This document shows positions 50,186 through 60,714 of a stretch of DNA of 64,000 nucleotides, piece by piece (position 1 is the first letter of the stretch; every line of letters begins with the position of its first letter). The translations under genes and the position numbers were made by a program. Below the pieces are notes generated by a model that did no database searches, was not told the origin of the DNA, and worked only from the letters and a program-made list of their open reading frames with translations. The stretch lies in NCBI GenBank assembly GCA_039815375.1, contig JBCBZJ010000001.1, positions 128,001 to 192,000 of the forward strand, written 5' to 3'. The stretch comes from Verrucomicrobiota bacterium (GTDB lineage: Bacteria > Verrucomicrobiota > Verrucomicrobiia > Opitutales > Coraliomargaritaceae).

Positions 50186-52975
50186 CTAGTGTGCTTCCAG
50201 CCAGTTGTTGCCGAGCCCGATGTCGATTTCGATAGGGCAGGCGAGTTCGAGGGCTTTGATCATGCCTTCTGCCACGAGTGCTTTGAGCTGTTCTTCTTCA
50301 TTGGGGTGGAGGTCGAAGACAAGTTCGTCATGCACTTGCAGCAACATGCGGCTTTGCAGGTTTTGCTCTGTAATGGAATTTTGAATACGAATCATGGCCA
50401 GCTTTATCATGTCCGCCGCTGTGCCTTGGATGGGCATGTTGATGGCGTTGCGTTCAGCTGCGGCGCGGACAGTGCCGTTGCTGGAGTTGATGTCGCGGAG
50501 GTAGCGGCGACGGCCGCAGATGGTTTCGACGTAGCCCTTCTCTTTCGCCGAGTCTTGTTGGGCGCTCATGTAGCCGGGGATGCCGGGGAATTGCTTGAAA
50601 TATTCGTCGATGATCTGCTGTGCTTCGGTCCGGCTGACGGTGCCGAGGCGCTGGGCCAGGCCGAAGGCGGAGATTCCGTAAGGGATGCCGAAGTTGACCA
50701 TCTTTGCGGTGCTGCGTTGGTCCCGTTCCACCGTGTCGGGCTCGACCGCGAAAATCTTGGCTGCTGTTGCGGTGTGGATGTCACGCTTTTCGCGAAAGGC
50801 GGTGAGCAGGCCTTCATCGCCGGTCAGTGCAGCGAGGATACGGAGCTCGATCTGCGAGTAATCGGCGGAGAGTAGCTTCCATCCTTCGCGGGGGACGAAC
50901 GCCTTGCGAATCTCCCGGCCACGCGCACTGCGGACTGGGATATTTTGAAGGTTCGGATCATTAGAGCTGAGGCGGCCGGTGGCAGTCTGCGCCTGACCAT
51001 AGTGAGTGTGGACGCGTCCGGTTTTGACATCGACAGAGTTGGGCAGGGCGTCGATGTAAGTGCTCTTCAGTTTGGTGAGCTGTCGATACTCGAGTAGGTC
51101 GGCGACAATCTGGTGTTTCGGAGCCAGGCTGGAGAGCACTTGCTCGTTGGTTGCGTATTGGCCGGTCTTCGTTTTCTTTGGCTTTTCAACGAGCTTGAGC
51201 TCGTCGAAAAGAACTTCCCCAAGCTGCTTTGGCGAGTTGAGGTTGAACTCCCTGCCTGCAGCCGCGTAGACGGTGTCCTGCAGCTCGATAATTTGATCTG
51301 CCATACTGCCGCCGATCTCTTTCAGCGTATTCTCGCACAGGAGTATGCCTTCGCGTTCCATTGCGACAAGCACAGGAAGCAGCGGTGTCTCGATCTCGTA
51401 GAAGATCTTGTCTTGCCCGCTTTCCTTTAGTTTGGGTTCAAAGAGTTCCCATAGTTGTGAGGTGACATCGGCATCTTCGATCGCGTAGTTGGCGAGTGCA
51501 GTCTCGTCGACGCTGGAATAGTCGATCGTCTCGCCCTTCTTAACATCCGGGAGGAGCTCGTTGAATCGAATCGTGGTGTATTGAAGGTAGTCCTCGGACA
51601 GAGTGTCGAGATTATGCCGCTGCTCGGGGTCGATGAGCGCGTGAGCCAGCATGGTATCGTAGCAGGGGCCTGCTACGGGACAATGGTTCTCGGCCAGCAC
51701 AGATAGGTCGAACTTCAGATTGTGGCCGATCTTTGTGAGCGTTGGATCTGCGAAGACAGGGCGCAAGAGATCAAGCGCGGTTTTTGTCGCAGGCACCCAG
51801 TAGCCGGAATGCTTTTTTGCAGAAAAGGAAATACCGACGAGCTCGGCGGTGCGAGGATTGAGTGCAGTGGTCTCGGTGTCGAAGGCGAAGCTTCCGGCAG
51901 CAGTCAACTCATCAGCTAGAGCTTTCAGTTCTGTATCCGTTTTAAGGATACGGTAGTCGGTTTCAATGTCGTCGAGTTTCTTGAAGGAAATGTCCGGGAT
52001 GAGGTCGAGTTGACCTTCGGGTGCTTCGGTTTTTTTAGCAGCGGTCTTCTCGTCGCCTTCACTCATGAGGACAAGGTCGCTGGCAGCTTCCTGAACTGAG
52101 AAGTCTGCTCCGAAGATACGTTTGCCAAGGGTGCGGAATTCAAATTCGGCGAAGAGTGGGGCGATCTTTTCCTTGTTCGGTTCCTCAAGTTCGAGCGTGT
52201 CCCATTCGGCCTCTATAGGCACGTCGAGTTGAATGGTAGCGAGTGTTTTGGAGAGGCGAGCCTGATCTGCATTGTCGCGAACCTTTTCCTGCTGCTTACC
52301 TTTAAGTTCGTCAACATGCTCGAGTAGTCCTTCGACGGTGTCGTATTTGGCGAGAAGTTTTTCGGCAGTCTTCGGGCCGATGCCGGGCACGCCGGGAATG
52401 TTGTCTACTGCGTCACCACAGAGCCCGAGCATGTCGATGACCTGGTCGACACGGGCGATGCCCCACTTTGCTTTGATTTCGTCGACACCCCAGATTTCAG
52501 CACCGTCGCCTTGGCGGCCCGGGCGATACATTTTCACCTTTTCAGTGACGAGCTGGCCGAAGTCCTTGTCCGGCGTGACCATGAAGATTTCTTCGAAGCC
52601 ATCGGCTTCGGCACGATGGGCGAGGGTGCCGATGATATCATCGGCTTCGTAGCCATCAAGTTTGAGCACAGGTATACCGAAGGCGCCTGCGACGCGATCA
52701 AGATGAGGCATCGCTGCGGAGAGATCTTCCGGCATGTCTTCGCGGTTGGCTTTGTATTCAGTATGGATACGGTGACGTTCTGTTGGTGCGGAGGTGTCGA
52801 AAACCACGGCAAGATGGCTGGGCTTCTGTTTCGCGACCAGATCAATAAGCGTCGCTGTAAAACCGAAGATAGCCGAGGTATTAAAGCCCTTGGAGGTGTA
52901 GATCGGGCTGCGGATGAGGGCAAAATGTGCGCGATAAGCCAGCGCCATGCCGTCGAGGAGGTAGAGACTCTTCAT
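50186..52975 (-). CDS. polA: DNA polymerase I
   Basis: 5'-3' exonuclease (LLDG, YKANR, EADD), 3'-5' exonuclease (FDTET), polymerase motifs ADYSQIELR, AKMVNFG, LQVHDEL. Confidence 0.97.
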   Translation of the reverse strand: MKSLYLLDGMALAYRAHFALIRSPIYTSKGFNTSAIFGFTATLIDLVAKQKPSHLAVVFDTSAPTERHRIHTEYKANREDMPEDLSAAMPHLDRVAGAFGIPVLKLDGYEADDIIGTLAHRAEADGFEEIFMVTPDKDFGQLVTEKVKMYRPGRQGDGAEIWGVDEIKAKWGIARVDQVIDMLGLCGDAVDNIPGVPGIGPKTAEKLLAKYDTVEGLLEHVDELKGKQQEKVRDNADQARLSKTLATIQLDVPIEAEWDTLELEEPNKEKIAPLFAEFEFRTLGKRIFGADFSVQEAASDLVLMSEGDEKTAAKKTEAPEGQLDLIPDISFKKLDDIETDYRILKTDTELKALADELTAAGSFAFDTETTALNPRTAELVGISFSAKKHSGYWVPATKTALDLLRPVFADPTLTKIGHNLKFDLSVLAENHCPVAGPCYDTMLAHALIDPEQRHNLDTLSEDYLQYTTIRFNELLPDVKKGETIDYSSVDETALANYAIEDADVTSQLWELFEPKLKESGQDKIFYEIETPLLPVLVAMEREGILLCENTLKEIGGSMADQIIELQDTVYAAAGREFNLNSPKQLGEVLFDELKLVEKPKKTKTGQYATNEQVLSSLAPKHQIVADLLEYRQLTKLKSTYIDALPNSVDVKTGRVHTHYGQAQTATGRLSSNDPNLQNIPVRSARGREIRKAFVPREGWKLLSADYSQIELRILAALTGDEGLLTAFREKRDIHTATAAKIFAVEPDTVERDQRSTAKMVNFGIPYGISAFGLAQRLGTVSRTEAQQIIDEYFKQFPGIPGYMSAQQDSAKEKGYVETICGRRRYLRDINSSNGTVRAAAERNAINMPIQGTAADMIKLAMIRIQNSITEQNLQSRMLLQVHDELVFDLHPNEEEQLKALVAEGMIKALELACPIEIDIGLGNNWLEAH

Positions 52976-53038
52976 TGCAGAGCATTTAACCGCATACTTT
53001 GCCGTAAGCGCAAAGACGAAAATGCGGCGATGCCGTCT

Positions 53039-53932
53039 TTATGCAGACTGTTGGCGAATTGTGGCAAAGGCCTTTGCGACCTGACCGATCTTCCACTTGC
53101 CTTCGATTTCGATGGGGCCCCGGTAGCCGCCTCTGCGGAGTGCCTCAAAGTAGGGGCCGAAGTCCTGGCCGCCCACACCTGGAATCGTGCGACCTTTGGC
53201 TTCGGCGATTTCGACTATATCGACCAGATGCGCATATTTCTCCAAAACCTCGGGCGGGTCTTCCATGACGGAACCGTGGTAGAGATCTGCGAGCATACGA
53301 ATATGAGGGTGGTCAGTCTTGGTGACGATTTCGCCAACTTCAGCTAAGCGAGTGAGGTAATTGCACTCTTGTTTCCGTAAATTCTCGACTGTAATGACGA
53401 TACCGGCATCGCCGGCGACGTCCCCCAGTTTTTTGAGAAGCGGAATAAACGCTTCGTCGGCCTGTTCTTTCGTCCAACCTTCGGGCAATTTCCGTGAACC
53501 TGAGCTTCCAAAAACGATTCTTTCGACCCCGGCTCGCTTGGCTCTTTGGCAAGCGATTGCCGCAAAACGCAGGATGTTATCGACGCGGGCGTTGGGTCCG
53601 ATGGAACGTAGTGTTTCACCTTGAAGAAAGCCGTTGCAGCTCAAAACCGGTATTGGGGATTCTTCAAGAAGCTGTAATTGCTTTTCAAATTCGGCTTCTG
53701 GTGCGTTCGGGATGAGGCACTTGTTGACTGAAACGAGCAGGAAATCGGCACCTTCGGCAGCAACTGCAGCGGCCCTGTTGAGTCCGGCGTTGATACCCAT
53801 TTGAGTAAAGAGTGGAGCGTCGACTGCCTCTCTTTCGGCAGATACCCGGCGTCCCATCAGTGGCAGGCTAAGGCCAAGAATTGCTCCAGCCCGGATTAAA
53901 TCTCTTCGTCTTGTGCTGGAGTCCTTTTTCAT
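53039..53932 (-). CDS. Tat-exported sugar phosphate isomerase/epimerase (xylose-isomerase-like TIM barrel)
   Basis: TRRRDLI Tat motif; ITVENL, ADLYH, IEIE metal motifs. Confidence 0.82.
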   Translation of the reverse strand: MKKDSSTRRRDLIRAGAILGLSLPLMGRRVSAEREAVDAPLFTQMGINAGLNRAAAVAAEGADFLLVSVNKCLIPNAPEAEFEKQLQLLEESPIPVLSCNGFLQGETLRSIGPNARVDNILRFAAIACQRAKRAGVERIVFGSSGSRKLPEGWTKEQADEAFIPLLKKLGDVAGDAGIVITVENLRKQECNYLTRLAEVGEIVTKTDHPHIRMLADLYHGSVMEDPPEVLEKYAHLVDIVEIAEAKGRTIPGVGGQDFGPYFEALRRGGYRGPIEIEGKWKIGQVAKAFATIRQQSA

Positions 53933-53941
53933 CGAAGCGCC

Positions 53942-55426
53942 TTATACTAGTTTCGGAACTTCGAAACCTTTACGGTAATTCGGGCCGATCAGCTCCTTGC
54001 CCATAAGAGGTTTCAGAACTTCGCCCGTCTCAGTATTCAAGTGAACGGTTTTACCGGCGAAGTATTGCGGCTTATTAATTCCCCACGCCTTCAACTGCTC
54101 ACTCTGATCCGAGAGGATTTCCATGAGGTCTTCATTGCCCTGCACGGAAGACTTCAAGGTACTTTCATCGGTCAGCGTTCCTGTACGATAAGCTGCGTTG
54201 CCGAAGTGCATGACGGCTTCAGCAGGAGTTGATTTCGCGACGGTGGTAGGCAGTGTGGAGCTGTCATTATTGCGGACTGCCTCGATAAAAGATTGCTGGT
54301 GGCTTTTTCCGCCATCGCCCTTGAATCTCCGGATGATGGTTTTTTCGTCCGGCTCGACCGCGACCATGCCGCCTCGGCCGCCTTTGAGGAAACCGCCTTC
54401 GCATTCTGCAACGATCCCGACACGAGTGCCCATACGGATTGATGATGCATTACGGTCAGGACCTAGCTTGACGTCATTGGTTTCCAGAATCACCTCAACG
54501 CCTCCCCATTTGCACCAGATGGTAAACATATTCGGGGTATTCCCTGCATCGTTCCAGGCAAAGCGGTTGCCGAAACAATTGATTTGTTCGGGTAGCCCTG
54601 GGTGCCCGAGCAACCAGTAAACCATGTCGGTTTCGTGGACCCCCTGGTTCCCCATGTCACCGTTTCCGGTGTTAAAATCCCAATGCCAGTCATAGTGAAT
54701 TTTTGGACGCATGATCGGCTGTTCTTGAGCGGGTCCGAGCCATAAATCAAAGTCCATAGTGGAAGGTATTTTCAGCGGTTGCGCGAGAGGGCTCCCAATG
54801 GAATCTCGATTGCGGTAGCAGAGGGAGCGGACTTTGAGGATTTTGCCGAGGTTTCCATCCTGCACAAACTGGATGCCGTTTTGAGGTCCCGGGTCGGATC
54901 GATTCTGAAACCCGGGAGCAATTATTTTTCCGTAGCGCTCGGTGGCGGCTTGTAGTTGGTGGCCTTCCCAGGGAGTGAAGCTCAACGGCTTTTCCAGATA
55001 GACATGCTTGCCGGCTTGCACCGCATGGATGGCTTGAAGGGTGTGCCAGTGGTTCGGGCTGCTGATAATGACAGCATCGATATCAGAACGTTCGTAGAGT
55101 TTCCGGTAGTCCTGAATGGTGTCGACGCTTGTGCTGGTAAAGTTCCTATTCTTGGCCTCGGTTATGCTTTTGTTTATGACGCCCATTTGCTCCTGCATTT
55201 GAGCTGTGTCGGGATCACAGATCGCAACAACTTCGACGTTGGGAATATTCAAAAACTGTTTCAGTAGCACTGCCGACCTGCTGCCCATGCCGACAAAGCC
55301 AACGCGGATTCGTTCATTTGCACCGATAATTTTCTCTGCACTCAGTGCGCTCGAAGCCAAAGTCAGGCCTGAAGTATAGAGGAAATGACGACGGGAGATA
55401 GTCGAGTAGGGGGTATTACATTTCAT
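53942..55426 (-). CDS. Tat-exported Gfo/Idh/MocA oxidoreductase
   Basis: SRRHFL, GANERIRVGFVG, PNHWH, KHVYLEKP, GDMGNQGVH. Confidence 0.9.
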   Translation of the reverse strand: MKCNTPYSTISRRHFLYTSGLTLASSALSAEKIIGANERIRVGFVGMGSRSAVLLKQFLNIPNVEVVAICDPDTAQMQEQMGVINKSITEAKNRNFTSTSVDTIQDYRKLYERSDIDAVIISSPNHWHTLQAIHAVQAGKHVYLEKPLSFTPWEGHQLQAATERYGKIIAPGFQNRSDPGPQNGIQFVQDGNLGKILKVRSLCYRNRDSIGSPLAQPLKIPSTMDFDLWLGPAQEQPIMRPKIHYDWHWDFNTGNGDMGNQGVHETDMVYWLLGHPGLPEQINCFGNRFAWNDAGNTPNMFTIWCKWGGVEVILETNDVKLGPDRNASSIRMGTRVGIVAECEGGFLKGGRGGMVAVEPDEKTIIRRFKGDGGKSHQQSFIEAVRNNDSSTLPTTVAKSTPAEAVMHFGNAAYRTGTLTDESTLKSSVQGNEDLMEILSDQSEQLKAWGINKPQYFAGKTVHLNTETGEVLKPLMGKELIGPNYRKGFEVPKLV

Positions 55427-55499
55427 AAGACATGAAGACAATGAACGCATCCATTGGTTCTTTCAATGGTTATGTATAGCTTAGCTATTCTTAGGAAAG

Positions 55500-56882
55500 T
55501 TACTGATACGTCTCTCTCACTAGTTTCTTTAGGTAATGTCGACCGCTGTCTTCGTCGGCAAAGCTGCCGTCGAGCTGTGCTTCGTAGGCGCGGTCGAGAA
55601 TCTTGCCGAAGTGGGGGCCGGGTTTGATGTCGAGCTCGATGAGGTGGCGTCCGAGAACAATAGGCTTTGGCGCGTTATCCTGAATGGCGAGCTCGGTAGC
55701 GCGCTTGAGCAGCCACTTGCCTTCTGGAAAGTCGTTGGGAGGGATCGGAGGGCGCCCGCTTTTATCCGCATGGGCCACGCGGGCGAGCCGGTCGACGCGT
55801 TTGACACGGGCGGCGAGTCGACGGATCGCAGAGTCGCCTGCTTTGTCGCGATAGAGCGCTAGCGGGCGCATGTGTTGTTCCACTAATGGAAGGACTTCCT
55901 CAAAGATCTTTTTCTGACGTGTCAAGCGCTCGAGGAAGCGTTGTGCCACGGGCACGCCTTCAACGTCGTGGCGTGGGCTTCGAATACGGCCTGAGTCATC
56001 CGTGTAGCTCGTATCGGGTTTTCCGAAATCGTGACAAAGAACGGCTAGGCCGACGACGAGGTCTTCCCATTCCTCGCCTCTGCGGTTTTGAGCATAAGCA
56101 TCAAGACAATGAAGGGTATGCACCCAAACGTCGCCCTCTGGGTGCCAATGCGGGTCCTGTTCACAACCCACCAATGCCTTGAGTTCTGGAAAGTAGGGTA
56201 GCCATCCACATTCTTTCAGGAAGTTGAGACCACTTGAAATGGACTCACCCTTTAGGATGAGCTTTTTCCATTCTTCCCAAAGGCGTTCGGCTGGGAGGTC
56301 CGATGGGCTGAGGTGACGGCAGAGCTCGATCGTTTTTCGATCTGCGGTAAGATTGAAGCGAGCGATGAACTGCATGCCGCGCAGAACGCGGAGCGGATCT
56401 TCCGAAAAGGCGGCAGAGACGTGGCGCAGCACACCTGCCTTGAGGTCGATGAGACCGTTGTAAGGATCAATGATTTCGCCGGTTAGCGGGTCATAGCTGA
56501 TGGCGTTGATCGTGAAGTCACGACGTGAAGCAGCTTCCTGAGGCGACATGCCAGGATCACCCTCAATTTTGAAGTCGGTGTGCTTAGGGCCTGTCTTCGA
56601 TTCGCGGCGAGGCAGGGCGATATCGATGTCGAGACCCTTCAATATGAAAACACCGAAACTGCGGCCAACCGTATCCAGATGGAAATGCTCTTGAAGAACG
56701 GACTCAACGGTTTCAGCTTCCAGACCGTAGACTTCCATGTCGACGTCCTTGGCAGGGAGACCCAGTAAGCTATCTCTTACGCAGCCACCGACAATCAGGG
56801 CACGTCCGTTAGCTTTATGGATGAGTTCAGCGACTCGAAGTGTCGTATCTTGCTGGGACTTTGTGAGACTCTCAACTAGCAT
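55500..56882 (-). CDS. cca: tRNA nucleotidyltransferase / poly(A) polymerase family with HD domain
   Basis: [38 protein letters not shown]. Confidence 0.85.
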   Translation of the reverse strand: MLVESLTKSQQDTTLRVAELIHKANGRALIVGGCVRDSLLGLPAKDVDMEVYGLEAETVESVLQEHFHLDTVGRSFGVFILKGLDIDIALPRRESKTGPKHTDFKIEGDPGMSPQEAASRRDFTINAISYDPLTGEIIDPYNGLIDLKAGVLRHVSAAFSEDPLRVLRGMQFIARFNLTADRKTIELCRHLSPSDLPAERLWEEWKKLILKGESISSGLNFLKECGWLPYFPELKALVGCEQDPHWHPEGDVWVHTLHCLDAYAQNRRGEEWEDLVVGLAVLCHDFGKPDTSYTDDSGRIRSPRHDVEGVPVAQRFLERLTRQKKIFEEVLPLVEQHMRPLALYRDKAGDSAIRRLAARVKRVDRLARVAHADKSGRPPIPPNDFPEGKWLLKRATELAIQDNAPKPIVLGRHLIELDIKPGPHFGKILDRAYEAQLDGSFADEDSGRHYLKKLVRETYQ

Positions 56883-56940
56883 GCATTGGAGTGGAAAGTA
56901 GGGAGTAGAAAGTAGGGAGTGGGAGCTTTGAGGCTGGCAA

Positions 56941-57780
56941 TCAGCTATTGCGGATCGCCGGGTCACCCCAGTCGAGTTTGTCGCGGACAATGGCAAAGTG
57001 CGAGTGGTCGGGGTGTTGCATGAGGCGGAATTTCTTCTCGGCTACGGTGACCTGAATGGGTAAGTTGCCGGAAGGTCCGAAGCGCATGCGCCCGTCGACA
57101 ATAATGCACGGACAGGATTCGGATTCGCCGCTTTCAATGGCAATTTTGGATGAGTTGTCGAAGATGACCGAACGGTTGCCGAGTGTGTGCGGACAGATCG
57201 GTGTCATGGCAATGGCGCTTACCCTTGGACCGATGATTGGGCCTCCGGCAGAAAGGTTGTAAGCGGTGGAGCCGGTCGGTGTGGCGAAAATCAGGCCGTC
57301 ACAATGGTATTCCGAAACTGGATTGCCGTTTGAGGAAACTCGAAGGCGGATGAGACCTCGACCTTCCGTCTCCTTCAGCACGACATCGTTCAAGCCGTAT
57401 ACGGATTCACCTTTCGATGTTGTGCATTGGAGAACGGATCGTTCCGCGATGGAATAGTTGCCTTTGATCAGACCTGCCAGCTCGTTGCCGGCGTCTTCCT
57501 GAGTAAATGTAGCGAGGAAGCCCAGCTTGCCCAGATTGACTCCAAGAACTGCTGCGCCGGACTCAAGCGCTGCATCAAGAACGCCGAGCAAAGTGCCATC
57601 ACCGCCAATTGCGATACAGAGGTCCTGGCCGGCCAAGGCATTCGAAGGCAGGGGATACTCTGTCGAGATGCTTGTCTTGACGCCTTCGCAATCTGCCAGC
57701 CCAGCGAGAAAACGAGCGGTTTCTTCTGTTCCCTGCTTTGTCGTATTGACCGCGAAGGTAATGGATTGGATCGCTTGCAT
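56941..57780 (-). CDS. nadK: NAD kinase
   Basis: [35 protein letters not shown]. Confidence 0.95.
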   Translation of the reverse strand: MQAIQSITFAVNTTKQGTEETARFLAGLADCEGVKTSISTEYPLPSNALAGQDLCIAIGGDGTLLGVLDAALESGAAVLGVNLGKLGFLATFTQEDAGNELAGLIKGNYSIAERSVLQCTTSKGESVYGLNDVVLKETEGRGLIRLRVSSNGNPVSEYHCDGLIFATPTGSTAYNLSAGGPIIGPRVSAIAMTPICPHTLGNRSVIFDNSSKIAIESGESESCPCIIVDGRMRFGPSGNLPIQVTVAEKKFRLMQHPDHSHFAIVRDKLDWGDPAIRNS

Positions 57781-57783
57781 GGA

Positions 57784-58743
57784 TTAATCGGCGAGCTGAA
57801 TCTCTTTAGCGAAAATCACAAGTTGGCTATCGTTTGGCTTAACCGGAAAAATCTGGCCGCGCAAATAGACTCTTTGCTTAAGGAAAGGATTGAGATCTTC
57901 AATGAAGATACCAGAAAAGTCGACATAGGCAATCAGGCGGCCGTCAGGAGAGCGGAGGCGAACGGGGTAGGTAGGGCCTTCGGCTGTGATTTCGCGAACG
58001 AGAATTCCGGTTAAGAGCCGAAGTGCTTTGTCCGATTCAGGTGTGCTCTTGGATTTCTCTCCGACCTGTGTTTCCTCCGGGCCGACCATGATGTCGTCAT
58101 ATTCTTCGGGATATTCCGGTGCTGCGACCGGCCGGTAAGGCTGCTGCCGTATGATCGGCGGGGCGGGACGCCAGGTGCGATTAAGAACCCGGTTCGGGGT
58201 TGGGCGACGGCCTTGCCATTCGATTGGTTCTGCAGGTGTGGGCTGTTCGGGCTTGGGTTCGTCAATAGTGAGGGGCTCCGGTAAAGGCACTAAATTCAGC
58301 ACCGGCGGTTCGGGTGCGTTTTCGATTATCGGTTCAGCCGGTGCGGGTCTTTTATAGAACACCGTCATGCGTTTGATGAATCCTGCGGTTGTCCAACCAT
58401 CTTTGGCGTTGAGAATTTCGTAGATATCACCTTCGGCAACTTCGGTTAGCATATCGGCAGTGCCACTGGGAAGATGGCGCACGGCTGTTCCAGGCACGAT
58501 AGCAAAGTTCTTGTTGAGGGTGGCAGTTGGCACGTAGCCCTCGAACGGAATGTCGAGCTTGAGTGTGAGCCAGTCTTCATCGGCCGGCACGGCGTCGAGG
58601 AGCACTTTTTCGGTGGCAACGATAGTGGAAACAATAGGTGCAGCCTCATCCGGGTGCAGACGCAGCTCAATCTCATCTGTGCTCGCTGTGGCCGAGACAA
58701 CAGTCTGTAGAATCACGAATATGATGGCGAGGGCCCTGAACAT
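57784..58743 (-). CDS. Exported hypothetical protein, SH3b-like N-domains with Pro-rich linker
   Basis: Signal peptide; two SH3-like segments (LRLHP...W...GYV; VRHLP...W); Pro/Glu-rich linker. Confidence 0.55.
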   Translation of the reverse strand: MFRALAIIFVILQTVVSATASTDEIELRLHPDEAAPIVSTIVATEKVLLDAVPADEDWLTLKLDIPFEGYVPTATLNKNFAIVPGTAVRHLPSGTADMLTEVAEGDIYEILNAKDGWTTAGFIKRMTVFYKRPAPAEPIIENAPEPPVLNLVPLPEPLTIDEPKPEQPTPAEPIEWQGRRPTPNRVLNRTWRPAPPIIRQQPYRPVAAPEYPEEYDDIMVGPEETQVGEKSKSTPESDKALRLLTGILVREITAEGPTYPVRLRSPDGRLIAYVDFSGIFIEDLNPFLKQRVYLRGQIFPVKPNDSQLVIFAKEIQLAD

Positions 58744-58782
58744 ATTAGCTACTATGGTTGAGGATCGCTTGTTTGACCAGCG

Positions 58783-59514
58783 TCAAGAGAAGAGGCGCTC
58801 GATGTCTTTTTTGCCCATGATTTTAATGCCGCCCTTGGGTATATTTTTGAGGACAATACCACCGATTTGCACGCGGACCAGTTTCTTAACGAAGTAGCGG
58901 TTGGCTTCGAAAAGTCGTCGGACCTCACGTTTCTTACCATGATGCAGATGCACCTCGAGCCGGCGCAGATGGCCCTCACCGACGGCAGGTGCAGGGATGA
59001 CTTTTTCCGCTTTTAGAAAGTCTCCTTCATAGTCGACACCGCTGAGGAGCCTGGGAATGTCGTCCTTATTGAAATCGCGGTGGAGCACGACACGATAGCG
59101 TTTTACAATTTGTGTGCTGGGGTGGGTGATTCGATGGGCGAGATCACCGTCGTTTGTCAACACGAGCAAGCCCTCGCTATCTTTATCAAGACGGCCCGCG
59201 CAGAAGAGGCGCTGACGCTGAAGGTCGAGTGGAAGCAGTTCGAAAACGGTGCGTTCCGCGTGCGGGTCTGAGTTCGTGCAAAGCACGCCCTTGGGTTTAT
59301 TCATCAGGACGGTGAGCGCGGTTTCCGTGTTTTGGCGGATCGGCTTGTTGTTGACGAAAATGGCTGCCTCCGGCGTAGCCTTGTCACCGAGCTGTGCGAT
59401 CTTCCCATTTACTCGGACTCTACCGTCCTCAATCAGACGCTCGGCTTCGCGCCTCGAGCAGAGGCCGGAATTGGCGATTAGTTTCTGGATGCGTTGTTCT
59501 TGCGCGTCGGGCAT
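58783..59514 (-). CDS. rluB: rRNA pseudouridine synthase (RluB/RsuA family)
   Basis: S4 domain RIQKLIANSGLCSRREAE, NKPKG, GRLDKDSEGLL. The long upstream extension is an antisense shadow of fabG. Confidence 0.85.
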   Translation of the reverse strand: MPDAQEQRIQKLIANSGLCSRREAERLIEDGRVRVNGKIAQLGDKATPEAAIFVNNKPIRQNTETALTVLMNKPKGVLCTNSDPHAERTVFELLPLDLQRQRLFCAGRLDKDSEGLLVLTNDGDLAHRITHPSTQIVKRYRVVLHRDFNKDDIPRLLSGVDYEGDFLKAEKVIPAPAVGEGHLRRLEVHLHHGKKREVRRLFEANRYFVKKLVRVQIGGIVLKNIPKGGIKIMGKKDIERLFS

Positions 59515-59613
59515 GGCGAACTTGAGCCGATGCAGAAGGGTGCTGTCAATGTTGCTCGAAGGATACATTCTTGCTTGCCCGTCCTGAGAATAGGCTGGAG
59601 AGTGCGCAGATTC

Positions 59614-60360
59614 ATGACTGAATCTACCGAAAACAAAATTGCCCTTGTGACCGGCGCCGGGCGCGGCATCGGGAAGAGTGTGGCCGAGCTGCTCGCCTCC
59701 AAAGGTCACCATGTGATCTGTATTAGCCGTTCCGAAGGGTCCTGTGGTGGAGTTGCAGACGGAATTAATGCCAGCGGTGGCTCTGCCGAGTCTTTGGCCC
59801 TGGATGTAGCGGATAAGGCCGCTGTTCAAGCCGCTTGCGAACAGCTCCTCGAAAAGCATGGCAACATCGATATCCTCGTTAACAATGCCGGTATCACCAA
59901 GGATGGCCTGTTGTTCCGAATGAGCGACGAGGATTGGGACGATGTCATCGCGACCAACCTTACCAGCTGCTTTACTTTCATAAAATATCTTGCCCGTCCG
60001 ATGACTCGTAAGCGCTGGGGCCGGATTATAAATATGTCTTCCGTCATCGGACTGACCGGAAATGCCGGACAGGCCAATTACGCTGCAGCAAAGGCTGGCA
60101 TGATCGGTTTGACCAAGAGCCTCGCCAAGGAGTTTGCCGCCCGGAATGTGACTGTAAATGCGGTTGCCCCCGGATTTATCGCGACAGATATGACGGCCGA
60201 GCTTAACGAAAAGCAGCAAGAAGCCATCGTCGGCATCATCCCCATGAAACGCATGGGCCAATCTTCAGACATCGCCGCAACTACCGCATTTCTTGCATCA
60301 GAAGATGCAGGTTACATTACCGGTCAGGTTTTTACAGTTGACGGTGGTATGGTGATGTGA
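59614..60360 (+). CDS. fabG: 3-oxoacyl-ACP reductase
   Basis: TGAGRGIG, NNAGITKD, GQANYAAAK, VAPGFIATDM. Confidence 0.95.
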   Translation: MTESTENKIALVTGAGRGIGKSVAELLASKGHHVICISRSEGSCGGVADGINASGGSAESLALDVADKAAVQAACEQLLEKHGNIDILVNNAGITKDGLLFRMSDEDWDDVIATNLTSCFTFIKYLARPMTRKRWGRIINMSSVIGLTGNAGQANYAAAKAGMIGLTKSLAKEFAARNVTVNAVAPGFIATDMTAELNEKQQEAIVGIIPMKRMGQSSDIAATTAFLASEDAGYITGQVFTVDGGMVM

Positions 60361-60395
60361 TGGTCAAAAACCTCTAATTTAATCCTAGAAAACAC

Positions 60396-60650
60396 ATGGC
60401 AGATCAAACAATTGAACAACGCGTAAAGACTATCATCGTCGACCAGCTCAACGTAAATGAAGAGCAGGTCACTCCTGAAGCTTCCTTTCTGGACGATCTC
60501 GGTGCCGACTCTCTCGACACTGTTGAGCTGATCATGGCTTTTGAGGAGGAGTTCAGTGATGAGATCGATGGCGAAATCCCCGAGTCTGAAGCGGAAAAGC
60601 TCCAAACCGTCGGCGATGTTATCAAATACATCACCGAAAAGGCTGGATAA
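60396..60650 (+). CDS. acpP: Acyl carrier protein
   Basis: [20 protein letters not shown]. Confidence 0.97.
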   Translation: MADQTIEQRVKTIIVDQLNVNEEQVTPEASFLDDLGADSLDTVELIMAFEEEFSDEIDGEIPESEAEKLQTVGDVIKYITEKAG

Positions 60651-60672
60651 AATTCTCCTTCCCTACTTTCGA

Positions 60673-60703
60673 TTGAGCCGCTTAAATGCGGCTTAATTTT
60701 TTT
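60673..60703 (+). terminator. Intrinsic terminator after acpP
   Basis: TTGAGCCGC-TTAAAT-GCGGCTTAA followed by T7. Confidence 0.75.
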
Positions 60704-60714
60704 ATAAGCAGCAC

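Noticed and set aside
59515..60261. Apparent 248-aa N-terminal extension of the pseudouridine synthase
   Set aside because: It is mostly the antisense of fabG; the S4 domain begins at ATG 59514.
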